Source of the DNA: Octopus vulgaris
Lineage: Eukaryota
Reading direction: 5' to 3'
Assembly (NCBI GenBank): GCA_951406725.2
Contig: OX597826.1
Span: 21,390,001 to 21,454,000 of the forward strand
DNA length: 64,000 nucleotides
Shown here: positions 13,737-27,700 of the stretch, piece after piece
How the letters are laid out: every line of letters begins with the position of its first letter
How positions within the stretch are numbered: the stretch's first letter is position 1
Notes under the pieces: model-generated
Database searches by the model: none
What the model saw: only the letters and a program-made list of their open reading frames with translations
Told to the model about the DNA's origin: nothing
Program-made: the position numbers and the translations under genes

Positions 13737-13812
13737 CCATCTATCTATATGCCAGTGGCACATAAAAAGCACCATCTAAGTGTTGTCGATGCCAGGTCTG
13801 CCTGATTGGCTC

Positions 13813-13848
<36 letters not shown>

Positions 13849-14161
13849 TCATCATCATCATCATTATCGTCGTTTAACGTCCATTTTCCATGCAGGCATG
13901 TGTTGGTCGGTTTGACAGAGGACTGGTGAGCCAGATGGCTGCACCAGGTTCCAATCTGATCTGTCAAAGTTTCTACAGCTGGATGCTCTTCCTAATGCCA
14001 ACCACACCGAGAATGTAGCGGGTGCTTTTTGCGTGCCACCGGCACGAGGGCCAGTCAGCAGGCACTGGCATCATACATGCATGCATACATACATACATAT
14101 AGGATCGTTTGTAGGAAACATAAATCCGGAGAAGCACACTCTAAGATGTAGAGCAGTTTAC

Positions 14162-14271
14162 ATTTTAATGGGGAAGGTCGGTTTATGGGATTACCCTGGG
14201 TTTCCCGTCAATAAAGGTTTATGGACGGGAAACCCAGGGTAATCCCATAAACCGACCTTCCCCATTAAAAT
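14162..14271. repeat. near-perfect 110 bp hairpin/palindrome
   Basis: ATTTTAATGGGGAAGGTCGGTTTATGGGATTACCCTGGGTTTCCCGTC is followed by its exact reverse complement after a 14 nt spacer that is itself partly paired. Confidence 0.95.
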
Positions 14272-15494
14272 ATGTATATACACAAAACAAGCACATCACG
14301 AATATATTGTTAATTCCTAGTAAGGCCTGATGAAGAAAAGTTGTTATCTAAATATTTTCAGAAGTAACCACTCCCTCTTACAAACACAGACACACGTGTT
14401 GTATGTGTGTGAGTTCACAATGACACCACTTGAACAGCGGGAATATTTATGTCTCGCGGCTTAGCGGTTCTGCGTTCGAATTCCTATACAATGCACTACC
14501 TTACTTGGTGCTGGTGTCAAGGGGGCATCTGGCTGTAGAATATAGTCTTTAAAAATCTCGTTCAACCCATGCTAGCATGGAAAAAAAGATGTGATGATGA
14601 TAAAATTGAACAAAGGAAGTATTGAATCGACCCTACTTTAATGTTAACGACAAAAAAGTTATCAATGCCTGTGTGTGCGAGGGGGTGGTGGTGTATTCTT
14701 TTCCTCCACTTAGAGTGGAATATTTAACCGTTCCCGCTTGGATCCAATGAAGACTGTTTAGTTACTATGACAACAGTTATTGGTAAAAACGTTATCAGAA
14801 ATAATCAAATATATAAGTCTATATTAACAGAGACAAATTTATCAGCGTTTGTGTTCGGCCATGTGAAACAAAATAAATTGAAGATAATTCGAAGGAAAAA
14901 GGCGTTTATTTAAAGTAATGCCGAGAAGTGAGAAACACAAACAGTGAGAGTAACAGAGGAAAGAAAGAAAAGAAAAAAAGGAAAAGGTTGGTGAAATAGA
15001 ATCTTTACTATTAGAAATGATACAAAAAGTGGAAATTAATTAAAAACATATGTTTACTAAGACAGTAATTTCTAATACATAAAATATAAATGTGAGTTTA
15101 AAGGACATGTATTATAAGTGAATGTTTAGCTTTTGGCACATTGACAATGAGAGAGAAATAAATAAAACATCGTTACCGTATCTTGTCGTTAAGACAGATG
15201 TCTACAAGAAGTGTCTGTTATGTCATCTCGATGTTGTATCTCTTCATAATTATTTCCTTCATCATCGTCTTCTTGGTGCTTCGCCCCAAAACAGCCTTCA
15301 AATAGAACACCTATCTCAATATTCCGTTTCGTTTTCATACACAATATTTACGACCACATCATTCAATATTTTCTTTTTGTTTAAAAACGACAGGATATGA
15401 TTTGACTGTATTTTCTAGCGGGTCGACCATCTCTGCAGTAGTTCCGTCGTTGATTCATTAATAAAGAAGTAATTAAGAGAAAGTTGTAAATTGC

Positions 15495-15570
15495 CCAATT
15501 AGCTAGATGCGTGCGCATGCGCACTGTGTCTAGAGGCTGCGTGCGTATTACGGCCGGCCGTCTCTTTTGG
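15495..15570 (+). promoter_or_regulatory. probable core promoter of the elongase gene
   Basis: CCAAT at 15495-15499, perfect NRF1/Ewg palindrome TGCGCATGCGCA at 15512-15523, CGGCCGGCCG at 15551-15560, and a pyrimidine initiator-like TCTCTTTT. It sits at the peak of a CpG-rich zone in otherwise CpG-poor DNA. Confidence 0.65.
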
Positions 15571-15759
15571 CGTCGGAGCGACTTTTTTCTTTCTCTCTCC
15601 GCTCTCTCTTATATATAATAATATTGTATAATAGTAATATTATACAATATTTCTATATAATATTACCTATATATATATATGTATAGATATAAAATATTGC
15701 TGAGTTATTATTTTTTAATTGCTATTCAGAACCTCCCCTTTTTTGCGTGATTTTACTGA
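15561..15759 (+). other. ELOVL1/7: probable non-coding exon 1 of the elongase (start approximate)
   Basis: Consensus donor TGA|GTAAGT at 15759/15760 directly downstream of the promoter. The first coding exon is preceded by acceptor-like AGs (21603, 21633). Confidence 0.5.
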
Positions 15760-15980
15760 GTAAGTAACATTTCAAATCCATTTCATCTCCGATTTCTTCA
15801 ATTAGCCTCAATTAAACCACACTAATTAGGTTTTCGCTTAATATATTAAAACACTTGCATGCAAGTGAAATATAAGTTGCTTCCAGATATTTCTATCTCC
15901 CATTATTTAATGCTTTATAGAAGCCAGTCTGTAATTCCATGCCTGTATTTTCTATTTTCTTTAATTTCAAATGAAATTAC

Positions 15981-16014
<34 letters not shown>

Positions 16015-18880
16015 TACCGGGTTTGAGATTCTTATAGCTTCGAAGTCTTCAATAACTTTGAAAAAAAAATTACGTTTATGATTTTCTTACTTTGGTTCAA
16101 ATATTCTGCTATTTTATTCTTAATAATTCCAAATTCCATTTATTCTCCTTTCAAAGATCCAACCTGCATCCATCATATTTAATGCACGTTTTCATTAAAA
16201 CAACTTTCTCTCTCTTTTTTTTATTATTATTCAAATAACTAATCTTAATGTGATTGAAAAACCTTTTTTTTTTAAGGAAGCGTGCTTTTTATAGTTTTCG
16301 TTTTTCTTCCCGGATAATATTCTCTCGCACATGGACTATTTCGCGGTTTTATATCCTCGTTGTTATTGGAGCACGAAATACTTTAAATTGTAGACTACAT
16401 TTTATTTTTGCGAATAACGTTTTTTTTTAAAACTCTTTTTATATAAAATATCACTTTCATACTCGGACGAATTCTCTTTGATGTAAAATAGTTTCACAAT
16501 GTTGTAATTATATTTCTTGCAAGAGGTTGGCAAAAGTATTTCTAAATTCGAAAGTACTCAAAACTTTGTTTCCTCGATCTGGGCCCCGCCCTTCATACCA
16601 ACATTTCTTATCGCACTTCTCATCTGAAGTGACTGGCTAATTCTTCTAACATTTCTTCACGAATTCATCAAACTTTAAACTCCGAAATTACTTTATTTTT
16701 TTAAATAACTGAAAACCGCAAACTGCACAAATTTTATTCGCTTTTTATTCAGCACCCGTATTCAACATTTTCTTTTTGTTAGTTCTTTTTTTTTTCTTCC
16801 TGACAATTTAAATATAGTACCTGTCTGACTACTTGTCTACTTTTTTTATTTCACATCTTTGGCGGTATCTAATTATGACTACTACTATTAATTCGCTCAC
16901 CCTGCTACTTGATAATGTCTACCTTAGTTGTCTTTATAGTTTTTTTTAAAATTGCTATGCTTCACTGTTTTTGCGGTTATAAATATAATATGAGAGTGAG
17001 GGAGACGGAGAGAAGTCCTGTTATCTTCAAATGTTGCTAGTTTACTTAAGTCTCAACATCTTAGTAACAGCAGTGACTTCAAATTGCTTAGTGATAATCA
17101 TTTAACCGCTAATTTTAGACTATTTTGGGCTCTAATACTAAATTGTATAAATGGAGACTTTACGAAATTTTGTTTTTCCAAAAGTTTTCCACCGTTTTCG
17201 GCAACTTTGGAAATATTAAAAACTTAACATCATTTCTTTCTGTTACTATCATTCGTAGAGTTACTGTAGCTTATATTCTATATGGAGATTTAATACAATC
17301 AAGTTTTCTATTTTTATTATTTTACATGAAAGTAATATAGAATTGCTACAGTGCCGGATAAAATACATTGCGGTGTTCGTTCTGAGTTCAAATCCCGCCG
17401 AAGTCAACTTGAGTTTTTTTTTTTTTTTTTTTTTGGTGAGGTCGAAAAAATAAGGTCCCAGTCGAAGGCAATGGATTATTGGGAACATTAGAATATTGGA
17501 GAAAATGTTTTGTTTCAGATTTGTTTGTAATAACGTTGATTGTGCCAAGAAGTGCCGATCTTTGCCGTATCTTGAACAACATCGGTGGTGAAGGGTGTGT
17601 GTGGGGGTCATGCTGTATGGGAAATTGCTGGCCCTCTATTAAAAATAACAAATCATTACTCCGGCCTAGATTCTGGAGGAATTTTCCAGATAATGGTTCG
17701 TGGTTAACCCTAACAGACGGAGGTCTAAAGGTTTATTTGTTGTTAAAGATATATCGATTTAAGAGAGAGTTTACGCCAGTTGATTGTATCTCCGTGTCTT
17801 CTAAATAAGATTCTGTGATTCAAGTTTATGGGGGTGAAAAATGTAGTTGATTTGAGTTAACTTTAGGGTTTCATTAACACTAATAAATGTAGTTAGAGCA
17901 ATGAATAAAAACCGGCTCGCTTCCTTTATTCAATGGGAACCACTTCTCTTCAGCAAGCGAGGTTTGGTGAAGGCTGCACATGGTCAAATCTTCAAATCAC
18001 GCCATAAAATAAAATATTTTAAAATAGTGTGTGTGTTGGGTATCACATTGTATAACGTGCCCCCTCTCGATATAGAAAAAGAGGGAATATTTCGTACCTG
18101 GAATGTCTCTGAGATATTGGGCTAATCTACTTCACCTCACCATATTTTGCGGAGTTTTTGGAACAGTTATACATACATTGGAAGGAAAAGGATACGGAAT
18201 AGTGTTAGGAGCAAATTTACAAAATTAAAATTTTGGGATAACCATCCCAAAATTTAAATTTTGTAAATCCTTTCACAGTCGTAATCTCCGTTGGATGAAA
18301 GGCAGAAATACTACAAAAAAAAAAAAAATTCCACCCGATTCTGTGCCTTTTACCTTGTCTGTATGGTTGGGGTCGCTCCATTTATTCCTCCCCATAATCT
18401 GTATCGATTGACATTTCGTATTATGACCGTAACTCCAAAAGAAAATACTAACAGAAACCGGAATACGAACTTGATTAAATTTTTTCGGACGATAATAACT
18501 TCAAATATGTGTTTATTTATGGTTTGAGTGTATGAAATATGAAATTTTATGTATAAAAATACGAGTAATATTGAGTTCAATTTGTAAAATAAAAAAAACT
18601 TGTTTTATCATCTTTATAAAAACGATCTGTCGTCACTCCTATATTGGATGAAACAATGAATCTTATATATATATATAATGAGCCACTATTAAGTCTAATA
18701 TGCAGTGTCACCATCTGTCTGTCCATCCCAGACAAGCACATCAAAGGGGATTAGCTGCTAAAGTTCTATACCTAAATTTCATAGACACATCGACAGGTTG
18801 TTGAGTGAATAGTGTTGAGATGTACTCAAGTTTAGCTGCCCATGTATAAAATTGTATATATATATATATATGTGTGTGTG

Positions 18881-18923
<43 letters not shown>

Positions 18924-21662
18924 AAAAAGGATTAAAAAATCTAGGTATCTACCTGGATAAAGTACTTGGTTTTAAATGAATTTGGTTAATTATATCAATC
19001 AGACACCAATAAATGCAAGTAGAATATACATCCAAGGTAATTCCTCATGTATGACAAATAGATTCAAATATTTAGAAAAAATTCAAGAAATTCGGAGTAT
19101 CAGGCAACAAAAATATGAGAAAATCCCATCTTCAGTTGTAGACTTCACCATACGAAACCAGCAGTTGTTTCTGTTGTATTGACATGTTTAGAAAGAGAAA
19201 ATATCATTGAAACTAATATATCTGAAAAAGGTATGTTAACGTTTTCAAGGTGATCCAAGATTAGTTGACTTTACATTTTGTGTTCAGTTCCTATCAGGGT
19301 CAGTTTTGCCTTTCATCACCTTGGGTTGATTGTGTTAGCTGAATCCCTCCCCTCAAAATTGTTGGCCCTCTGCTTTAATCAGAAACTGTTAAAATATTGC
19401 CATTTAATTTAGTTTGTCACAATTATAAAACTATTTTTCATGATGTTTGGTCTTTACCCATAAATATGATGAAAGTTCATCATACAAAGATATACTGACC
19501 GAAATCTTGCTTTACAGAATCTAGTTGAACCTGTGCTAACAACTGTCCTCTTAAGTTCAGTCTTTGACGTTTGTTATACCACTTCTGTTTGAAGCGATTT
19601 GTACTAAAGATTTTGTGCAAGGCATGAAAAAGTTTTTTATTTACTAAACTAAGGAATTGTCTATTAGCAGAAATTCTGCCAAAGGTTATTTCACTCTGAT
19701 AAGGTCTAGACATTTCTTTTTTAAATCAGCTACATTAGAGAGAATAATCTCAATTTGTCTTTGAGATTGATTTTGGTGTTGGTGTAAGCTAAAGTTAAGA
19801 TTTTCCAGAGCTTCAAGTTAAAGAATGACATTTCTAAATATAACCCAGCCAATATTTGGAACTATACTAGAACCAAATTCCTTCCTAGTGTTACATTTCT
19901 GCAATGGCTTCAAGGTTTGATTTCAAATGCTTGTTGATGTTCAAGTTCTGGACTGAAAATTTCCAGGAACTGCACTGTGTACCATTTTATTTTTGTAGCC
20001 TGTCACGAAACAAATATTTTGGAAACTTGAATGTTTTTAATATGCCATACTGGTACATGTGTAATTCTTTACAGCAAAATGGTGTGTGGCACACATCTGT
20101 TTTAAAAATTTCTTAATATTTATTTTATAAAACTTTAAAAAGTTGGTGTGCTTTTTAACACAAAGAAGCTTCACTGCTGGAAGCAAATTGGTTTTTACTA
20201 TTTAAATGAAAAACATTAATGAAAGCAATCCAAGAAAACTATGGGATGATACATGAATGTGATGAGGGGTGGGGATCACCTGTTTTAAAATATGGAAGGG
20301 CAGATCAGATAATTTAGTCCTGTTAGATAAGGTGGGATGGTCATGGCTGGAATACGTTTGATCATTGGTCTGATTACAAGTTATTGGGATGTTTCTTATT
20401 TTTTGTTGATGTGTGTAGGTAGAGAATGTATGGGGCATTAACATAACTGGGTGGAGGTGAGGGCATTGAGATGAGAAATATGTAGGGTGGGGGAGACCGT
20501 TGGAACATGTAAATTCAGGTAACTGGGCCATTGAGATATTTAAGCACAGTGAATTAATAACTCATCTGTCTCTATCATTATGTTCTTTTATGTCTGTGGC
20601 AGTTGAAGAGTTAAATTTTTTAATTAGGGACATAGACTAATTAAATTGATATCCTGCACAGAATCTGGAACTCTTTGAACCACAGTAACAACTTACTTGG
20701 TGTTCAATCCTTAACTTTGCCAGTTGTGGAATTGTTTTAAGTTGAAAAATTCTGTGATTTAGAACAGGTTTTTTTCCTTTTTATAACAACTGATTTTAAA
20801 CATGTCCAATAAATCAAAGGAGCCCCTATATGGTTGTTCATTATGCTAGAAATAACAGTCAGATCGCCCTCAGACCATACCTTACATTCTATAATGTTGT
20901 CTGGAAATACGTTGTCAGAAATGTAAAAGCAAAAAACAAATTTGATAGTCATGGTTGGAATGCTATTGATAATAGGTTTACTTGATCAATATCAGCTTGG
21001 GGCTAAATAAGGACTTTTGAGGTAGTTTGGTCTTTCAGGGGTCAACTAAATTGCCAGATCGAACAATCTCCAGAGTACTTGTAACTCAAGATGACCACCC
21101 TCAAACATCTACCATCTCTAGTATTCAGTCTTCCCATAGTTAAGGTGTAGACACACCCACACACTTGTCAATCAGGTTCTCACCTGACTGAATGAATGGA
21201 CTTTGTGTCATAGATATGATTAAGCTTCGTTGACCATTTTGACAATATTTACAATATTAAATGAAAAACTCGTGAGCCATTGCATGTCTTAGAACTGTGA
21301 ACCTCACAGCTCTTCTATGATTTTCCCCCCAAAATTGCAGAACCCTTACCTATATTTCCCACCGCCTTAATTTTAAATTTAATTAAATAAAACATTAAAT
21401 GAAGCAAAAAAAAACAAAAACATTGATTTGAAATTGATAAATAGAATTTGTTAAAAAATAGATTTTATTAAATTTTATTAAAAGAAACTTGTGGAATCTT
21501 CTATGAGGTACTCTCACCTTAGAGACACTGGTTCTATTTTCATCTATTACTTGTCACTCGTTGCTATGTTCTTTGCATCTGTTATCACAGAAATTGGTTT
21601 CAGATTCTTTTATTGGAATTCTTTGATATTTAGATTCTTGAAGGCTGCAGTAAAGTTTCAAG

Positions 21663-21717
21663 ATGTTGTGGATGACAACTGCTGCAAAAGTCTATGATGA
21701 GGTGATGCAGAAGGGAG
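21663..21717 (+). CDS. ELOVL1/7: elongase coding exon 1 ([18 protein letters not shown])
   Basis: ATG at 21663 (21672 is an alternative). Donor G|GTATGT, phase 1, joins AT of the next exon to give the Asp of DPRV. Confidence 0.85.
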
Positions 21718-24700
21718 GTATGTATTACATTGTTGCAACTATTCCAATCAAGTCCTTAAAAGAGATTAAAAAATTCTTTATTTATTGTTTTATCCAATTC
21801 GTCCTGATGTATCCAAGAGTCAAAAGTGATTTACATTTATGGCTACAGATATGTTTGTGTGGTTCACTTCACAGTTACACAGTCTTAAGTTGAGTCCCTC
21901 TGTGCTCTGTATTTTCTGCCATGGCCTTGGGTTGACCAAAGCTTTGTAAGTGAAATTTAATAAAAGGAAACTATGTGAGCCTTTCCTGTTCTTGGGTGGT
22001 GGTCTTGTTTTCCTGTTTAACAGCTCCACCTACTTCTTGGCTGAGATCCATTCAGTTGATCCCATTGAGTTTCTGATCTGAGAATAATTTTCTCTCTCCT
22101 TTCTCTCATCACTCACAGAGGCCCTGGGAAAAAGAGTAATGGATGTTGTCCCTCCCTTTTATGAACTGAGCCCTAAAATATAGGCGCAGGAGTGGCTGTG
22201 TGGTAAGTAGCTTGCTAACCAACCACATGGTTCCGGGTTCAGTCCTACTGCGTGGCATCTTGGGCAAGTGTCTTCTGCTATAGCCCCGGGCCGACCAATG
22301 CCTTGTGAGTGGATTTGGTAGATGGAAACTGAAAGAAGCCTGTCGTATATATGTATATATATATATATATGTGTGTGTGTCCCCCTAGCATTGTTTGACA
22401 ACTGATGCTGGTGTGTTTATGTCCCCGTCACTTAGCGGTTCGGCAAAAAGAGACCGATAGAATAAGTACTGGGCTTACAAAGAATAAGTCCCGGGGTCGA
22501 GTTGCTCGACTAAAGGCGGTGCTCCAGCATGGCCGCAGTCAAATGACTGAAACAAGTAAAAGAGTAAAGAGTAGATGTGAACTTTGCCAGTCACAGCTAT
22601 AGCAACCCTGAGCTGTGACTGGTATAATTTCTTGCATTTTGGGAATTCTACCAGAAGAAGATTACAAAATGGCTGTAATCCTATGGGAGTCACATGGTTA
22701 AATATGTATTAATCTCTTCTTACCTCCTGATTTCATGGTTTTATATAGCCATGGTGTTGGTATTATAGTCGTATAATGTATCACAAACTGATGTTTTTTA
22801 GACTTTTAGACTAATTAGCACACACCATGATGGCTCTGATGTATTTCTCATGTGTGTGTGTTTATTATCCAACAGATCCCCGTGTTGCTGATTGGTTCAT
22901 GATGTCTTCACCTGTACCTAGTTTCCTTATATGTCTGGTCTATATGGTAATTACTAAAGTTGGACCCATATTCATGGCCAACCGAAAACCCTTCGAAATT
23001 CGTAATGTCATGCTTGTTTACAACATTGCAATGGTTTTGTTATCTGCATATATATTAGAAGAGGTAAGTGTTCTAATTTGTTTCTCACTTGGCACAGGTG
23101 TGATATGTCTTTATTTAAATTATTGAATCAATCCCTTACCAACACCCTACTAAGCCATGCAACACTCAACAAAACACATGGTAGGATGTAATTTGACCAA
23201 AGTCTGGCTTAAATCACACCTCATTGATTTAAATTAAAAAAGGAAAAATGCATTGGATTGGATTCATTATGACTGGGTTGTCATGGCTGAAATACCGTAT
23301 TTTAACGTGTATAAGGAACCCTTTTTTATCAAAAATTAGGTTAAAAAATGTGAGTTTCTTATATGTGGATAGTATTATAATCCCTTATGAAACCTTTTTC
23401 CCAAATTTTAAGTCCAAAAGATTAGGGGGTTCCTCACATTAAAATACAGTAATTTCAATCTGTACATCAAACTCTTCCCCCGCATCTCTAACCACCTGTC
23501 AGGCCAAGCTAAGTCTAAAGACTGGAACCCAGGTGCAGCTCCTCTGCTTGCCAGCTCTGGTTAAACCATCCAACCCATGACATCATGGAAAACGGATGAT
23601 GATAATCCTTGATTGATGAGTGAGGAATGGAAGCACAGTGGCTTAGAATACATAAATATTCAAGTTTTATATCTACCCCCACCCCATTTATAATAGTATT
23701 GGAAAATTGGACACTAAATAAAATGAAAATCCTCAAATTACTGATGTTTAAGATATTTTCAGAATATTTTGTGCATAAAAATGAGGCAAATTACTGTTTT
23801 ATAACTGTAGAATCCACCATAAAGAATTATTTCTTTGGGTCAGCAAAATTTTAAAAAATTCTTTTATTCCATTTGCCATTTATTGTTGTAGATGGTTAAA
23901 ACGATTGTATTGTTATAGTTAAAACGTATTGTCCTAGTTACAATAGCAATTAGAAACAAATTTGTATTATTAATTTATTGCTGTTTTTTAATGAACCACT
24001 GGGTGTTTTGGGACAGCAACACTTGTCCATACACTCTCTCTGTCTTGCTCAACCATCTCTCACCAAGTGAAATATTTTACTTCAGACTTCTATCTTGAAC
24101 CGTTCACTTTCACAAATATATTCACCAACATCAAATTCACTTTTCCAATCATTTTATTCTCAAACCTACTTAATTGTGAATGCTTGTTTTAATATTTTAG
24201 TTCATATCGTCTGGCTGGTTTGCTGGTTACAGTATACGATGTCAACCAGTTGACTATTCTCGATCTACACAAGCCATGAGGGTGAGTTACTCTTCAAAAT
24301 TTCATTTTCTATAAATAATGGTTTCGAATTTTGTCACAAGGGCAACAATTTTGGTGGACGGGACGAGTTGATTACATCGACCCCTAGTGTTCAAGTGGTA
24401 CTTATTTTAGTGACCCCCAAAGAATGTAAGGTAAAGTTGACCTTGGTGGAATTTGAACTCAGAACGTAGTGACAGGTGAAATACCACTAAGCATTTTGTC
24501 CAGCACACTACTTTGATAATAATAATGATTTCAAATTTTTGCCACAAGGGCAGTTTGTGGGAGGGGATTACATCGACCCCAGTGTTTCACTGGTACTTAA
24601 TTTATCGATCCCGAAAGGATGAAAGGCAAAGTCGACCTTAGTGGAATTTGAACTCAGAATGTAGTGACAGGCAAAATACCACTAAACATTTTGTACAGCA

Positions 24701-27700
24701 CGCTGCTTTAATAATAATAATAATTTCTTCCCCAACTCCAAACATCTGAATTTTAAAACTAGATTTACCCTATTTTGTTATTTTTTTTTGACAAGGATTT
24801 AGAGGAATCTTCCAAGATTGATTCCATGGCCTCTGAAACTGGGAGGAAGAAAACTTGTCCCAGAATTTATAACAGATGAATCTCTTTTAAAAGTAGCCAC
24901 AGTCCAGGTTGTGGTGTTACATTGGGAGGTGACTGAAATCTTAACCACTTGCGACCAGGAATGGTTGACTCGAGGCTCTGATGTAAGTCACATGACCAAG
25001 GTACTGCTGTGAGATTGAACCCCAAATCTCATAGTTGTGAAATGAACATCTTGAGTGCATGACTGCGTACCTGCATTTAAGTAAACACTGACCTTGATCT
25101 TCTTGATTGAAATGCTACTGAAAGTTAACTTTGTTTTTCATTCTTAGGGGGTTGTTGTTTAATTCTGTCAGCTCTGAATGAGAAGACCTATGATGAAAAG
25201 GCATTCTAGCCATGACCATCCTATCTTGTAAGGTACCCTGGACCACAGCATCCAATGTATCCCTTCTAAGGTGGTGTTATTTAAGAGAGAGATTTGCCTA
25301 CTACTTCTAGCAGGTTATTACCACTTAAAAAGCTCTCCCATTTGCATGTACTAGCAAAAGGGTGGGGCAGTAAGTTTAATTATTCATTCTCCATTTAAAT
25401 TAATTAGCTTGTGACAATCTAAGAAATTATTTTCTTTAAAATTCATTCATGAATTTTTAAAACTATATATTGACATGTAAGTCACATGACCTTGCCAACT
25501 GTCTGTCTGACGGACTGCCGACCTTTTGTAGTGAACCCACCAGTGTTTGTCTTTTACATGTCAAGTTGGCCATTTCTGGAAATGTTGTTTCGAAATTTTG
25601 GCACAAGACCAGCAAATTCTGGGGAGGGAGTATGTTGATTACATCACCCCCTGTGTTCAACTGGTACTTATTTTATTGACTCTGAAAGGGTAAGTCACCC
25701 ATGGCAGAATTTAAACTCAGAACATGAAGACAAATAAGATATCACTAAGTATTTTGCCTGGTGTGCTAACGATTCTGCCAGCTTGATGCCTTTCTGAAAA
25801 TATTATCAATGTGGGAGAGCAGGTTTGCTGTGTGTATACATAAGTGCATTGTCCATGCTTGTATGGATTAGGTAGAATTTGGTAAGGTAGATTTTCTCTG
25901 GCCAGATGTCCTTCCTGTTGCCAATCCTCACCTGTTCAATCCCTTGGGCTCCAAAACTCTTGCATACCCAGAATCTTGTGTGAAGACAGATGTCAGTGCC
26001 ACAATTTGTCTCAGTCCACCTTGGTACCATCTCTTGATGTGTGCAATGGGGTACAGTGACTTGACATCTCCTATGAATTGGATCATGGAATGCCAAGAAC
26101 TTAAACTGCAACCATAAGACACACCTGACATTTCTCACCTTCTGCTGGATTGGGTAGTATTATTAGAATGTCAGTAATTTAATTTATGGAACCTGAAAAA
26201 AGATGAAGTTGACCTCGGTCAGATTTCAACTTTGACCTCAGTGAACTGGAACAAACACTGCAAGGTATTTTGTCTGACACCTGAATAACTTTGCCAATTA
26301 TTAGTATTTCTCAAGATGAGACAGCAAACTGGTAAAGTCGTTCGCACACCTGGGGGAAATGTTGTGTGGCATTTCAACTGTCTTTGTGATCTGAACTCAA
26401 CTTCTGCTGAGGTTGACTTTGTCTTTCATCTTTTTTGGGGGTTGATAAAATAAGGGCCAGTTGAGTGCTGGGGTTGATGTAATCAACCATCTCTCACCTG
26501 GGAATTTGCTGGTCTGGTGCCAAAATTTGAAACCAATATTTCAACCAAGGTGACAAGGATATTTTTGTGCAACATTAACTAAAGTACTTGATATGATGCA
26601 TGTCTATAAAGTTTGGAGCTACTTTTAATGTAGTGTTTTGTGAATGCTTTTGATAAATTATTGAGAACACCTAGAAGGTGCTTGTTTTCCACTCACCAAA
26701 GTGAACGAAGCTTTGGCCAGGAGGAATTGATATCATTAGAAGGCATCCAGCAATCAACGGGTGTTTCAACCCTGAACCATAACACCTTCAGCAGAGGTAG
26801 CCAAATCATTGTGCATCAGCTCCTTTTGGCTTCCATCTTAACTCTTCTTTCTTGCTCCATAATCTGCAAGAGAATATATGGAAATGAAATAACATGAAAA
26901 TTAATCATAAATGGATATATTTTGATTTTCCGTTATATTTTCTCCAACAGATGGCCGCAGCCTGTTGGTGGTTCTATTTTTCTAAATTTATTGAACTTTT
27001 TGATACGGTAAGATTCCTCTTTTTATATTTCATTAACCAAAATTAGTTTCTGTTGAAAGATGGCTTGAAATTCTTGTAAATTGTATAAAAGTTTAATTCA
27101 AAATGAAATAACATTTTAGAAATATATTTCCTAAATATAATTTAAAATATTAAAAATGCCTTTTATGCCACTAGGGTTAGTTATTTCTGGTTTTACTTAT
27201 TCTCTCTCAAGAACTTCTTCCATTTAAATCTTGATAGAAAAAGTCTGGGAGAAGCCTGTTTTGGCAATGTTTTAGATGAATCAAGGCTGCAACAGAAAAC
27301 ATCTAAGGTGCTCCACACACACTGGAAGTTTTTATGGTATCTTAAAATTAAAATTTGAAACAATTTTTTGTTTTAAAATACCAAATTTGATTTCACACTT
27401 CACTGATTCTTTAAATATATTTTTAATTATAACAATTTTATAAATTAGGCTGTTTTTTAACCCCTGGTCAGTTCTGAGCTGATATAGAGCCATCCTCGCT
27501 TTTTTATATGTGCAGGAATCCCAGGCTCTCATTACCCAACTCCCTAAAACAATATGTGTGATTTAAAGGAAATATTGCTGCTATTTCCGGCAGGTTGTTC
27601 CCTTATTGACCTTTTTAATTTAGGTGATCAAACTTCAGACTTGTACAGTTATTGTGTTGTACCTGTTACTAAAACTTTACATATTTAGTTTGAGTGACAA

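Noticed and set aside
14326-14365. CTGATGA hammerhead core match
   Set aside because: No closing stem II, GAAA or stem I partner follows.
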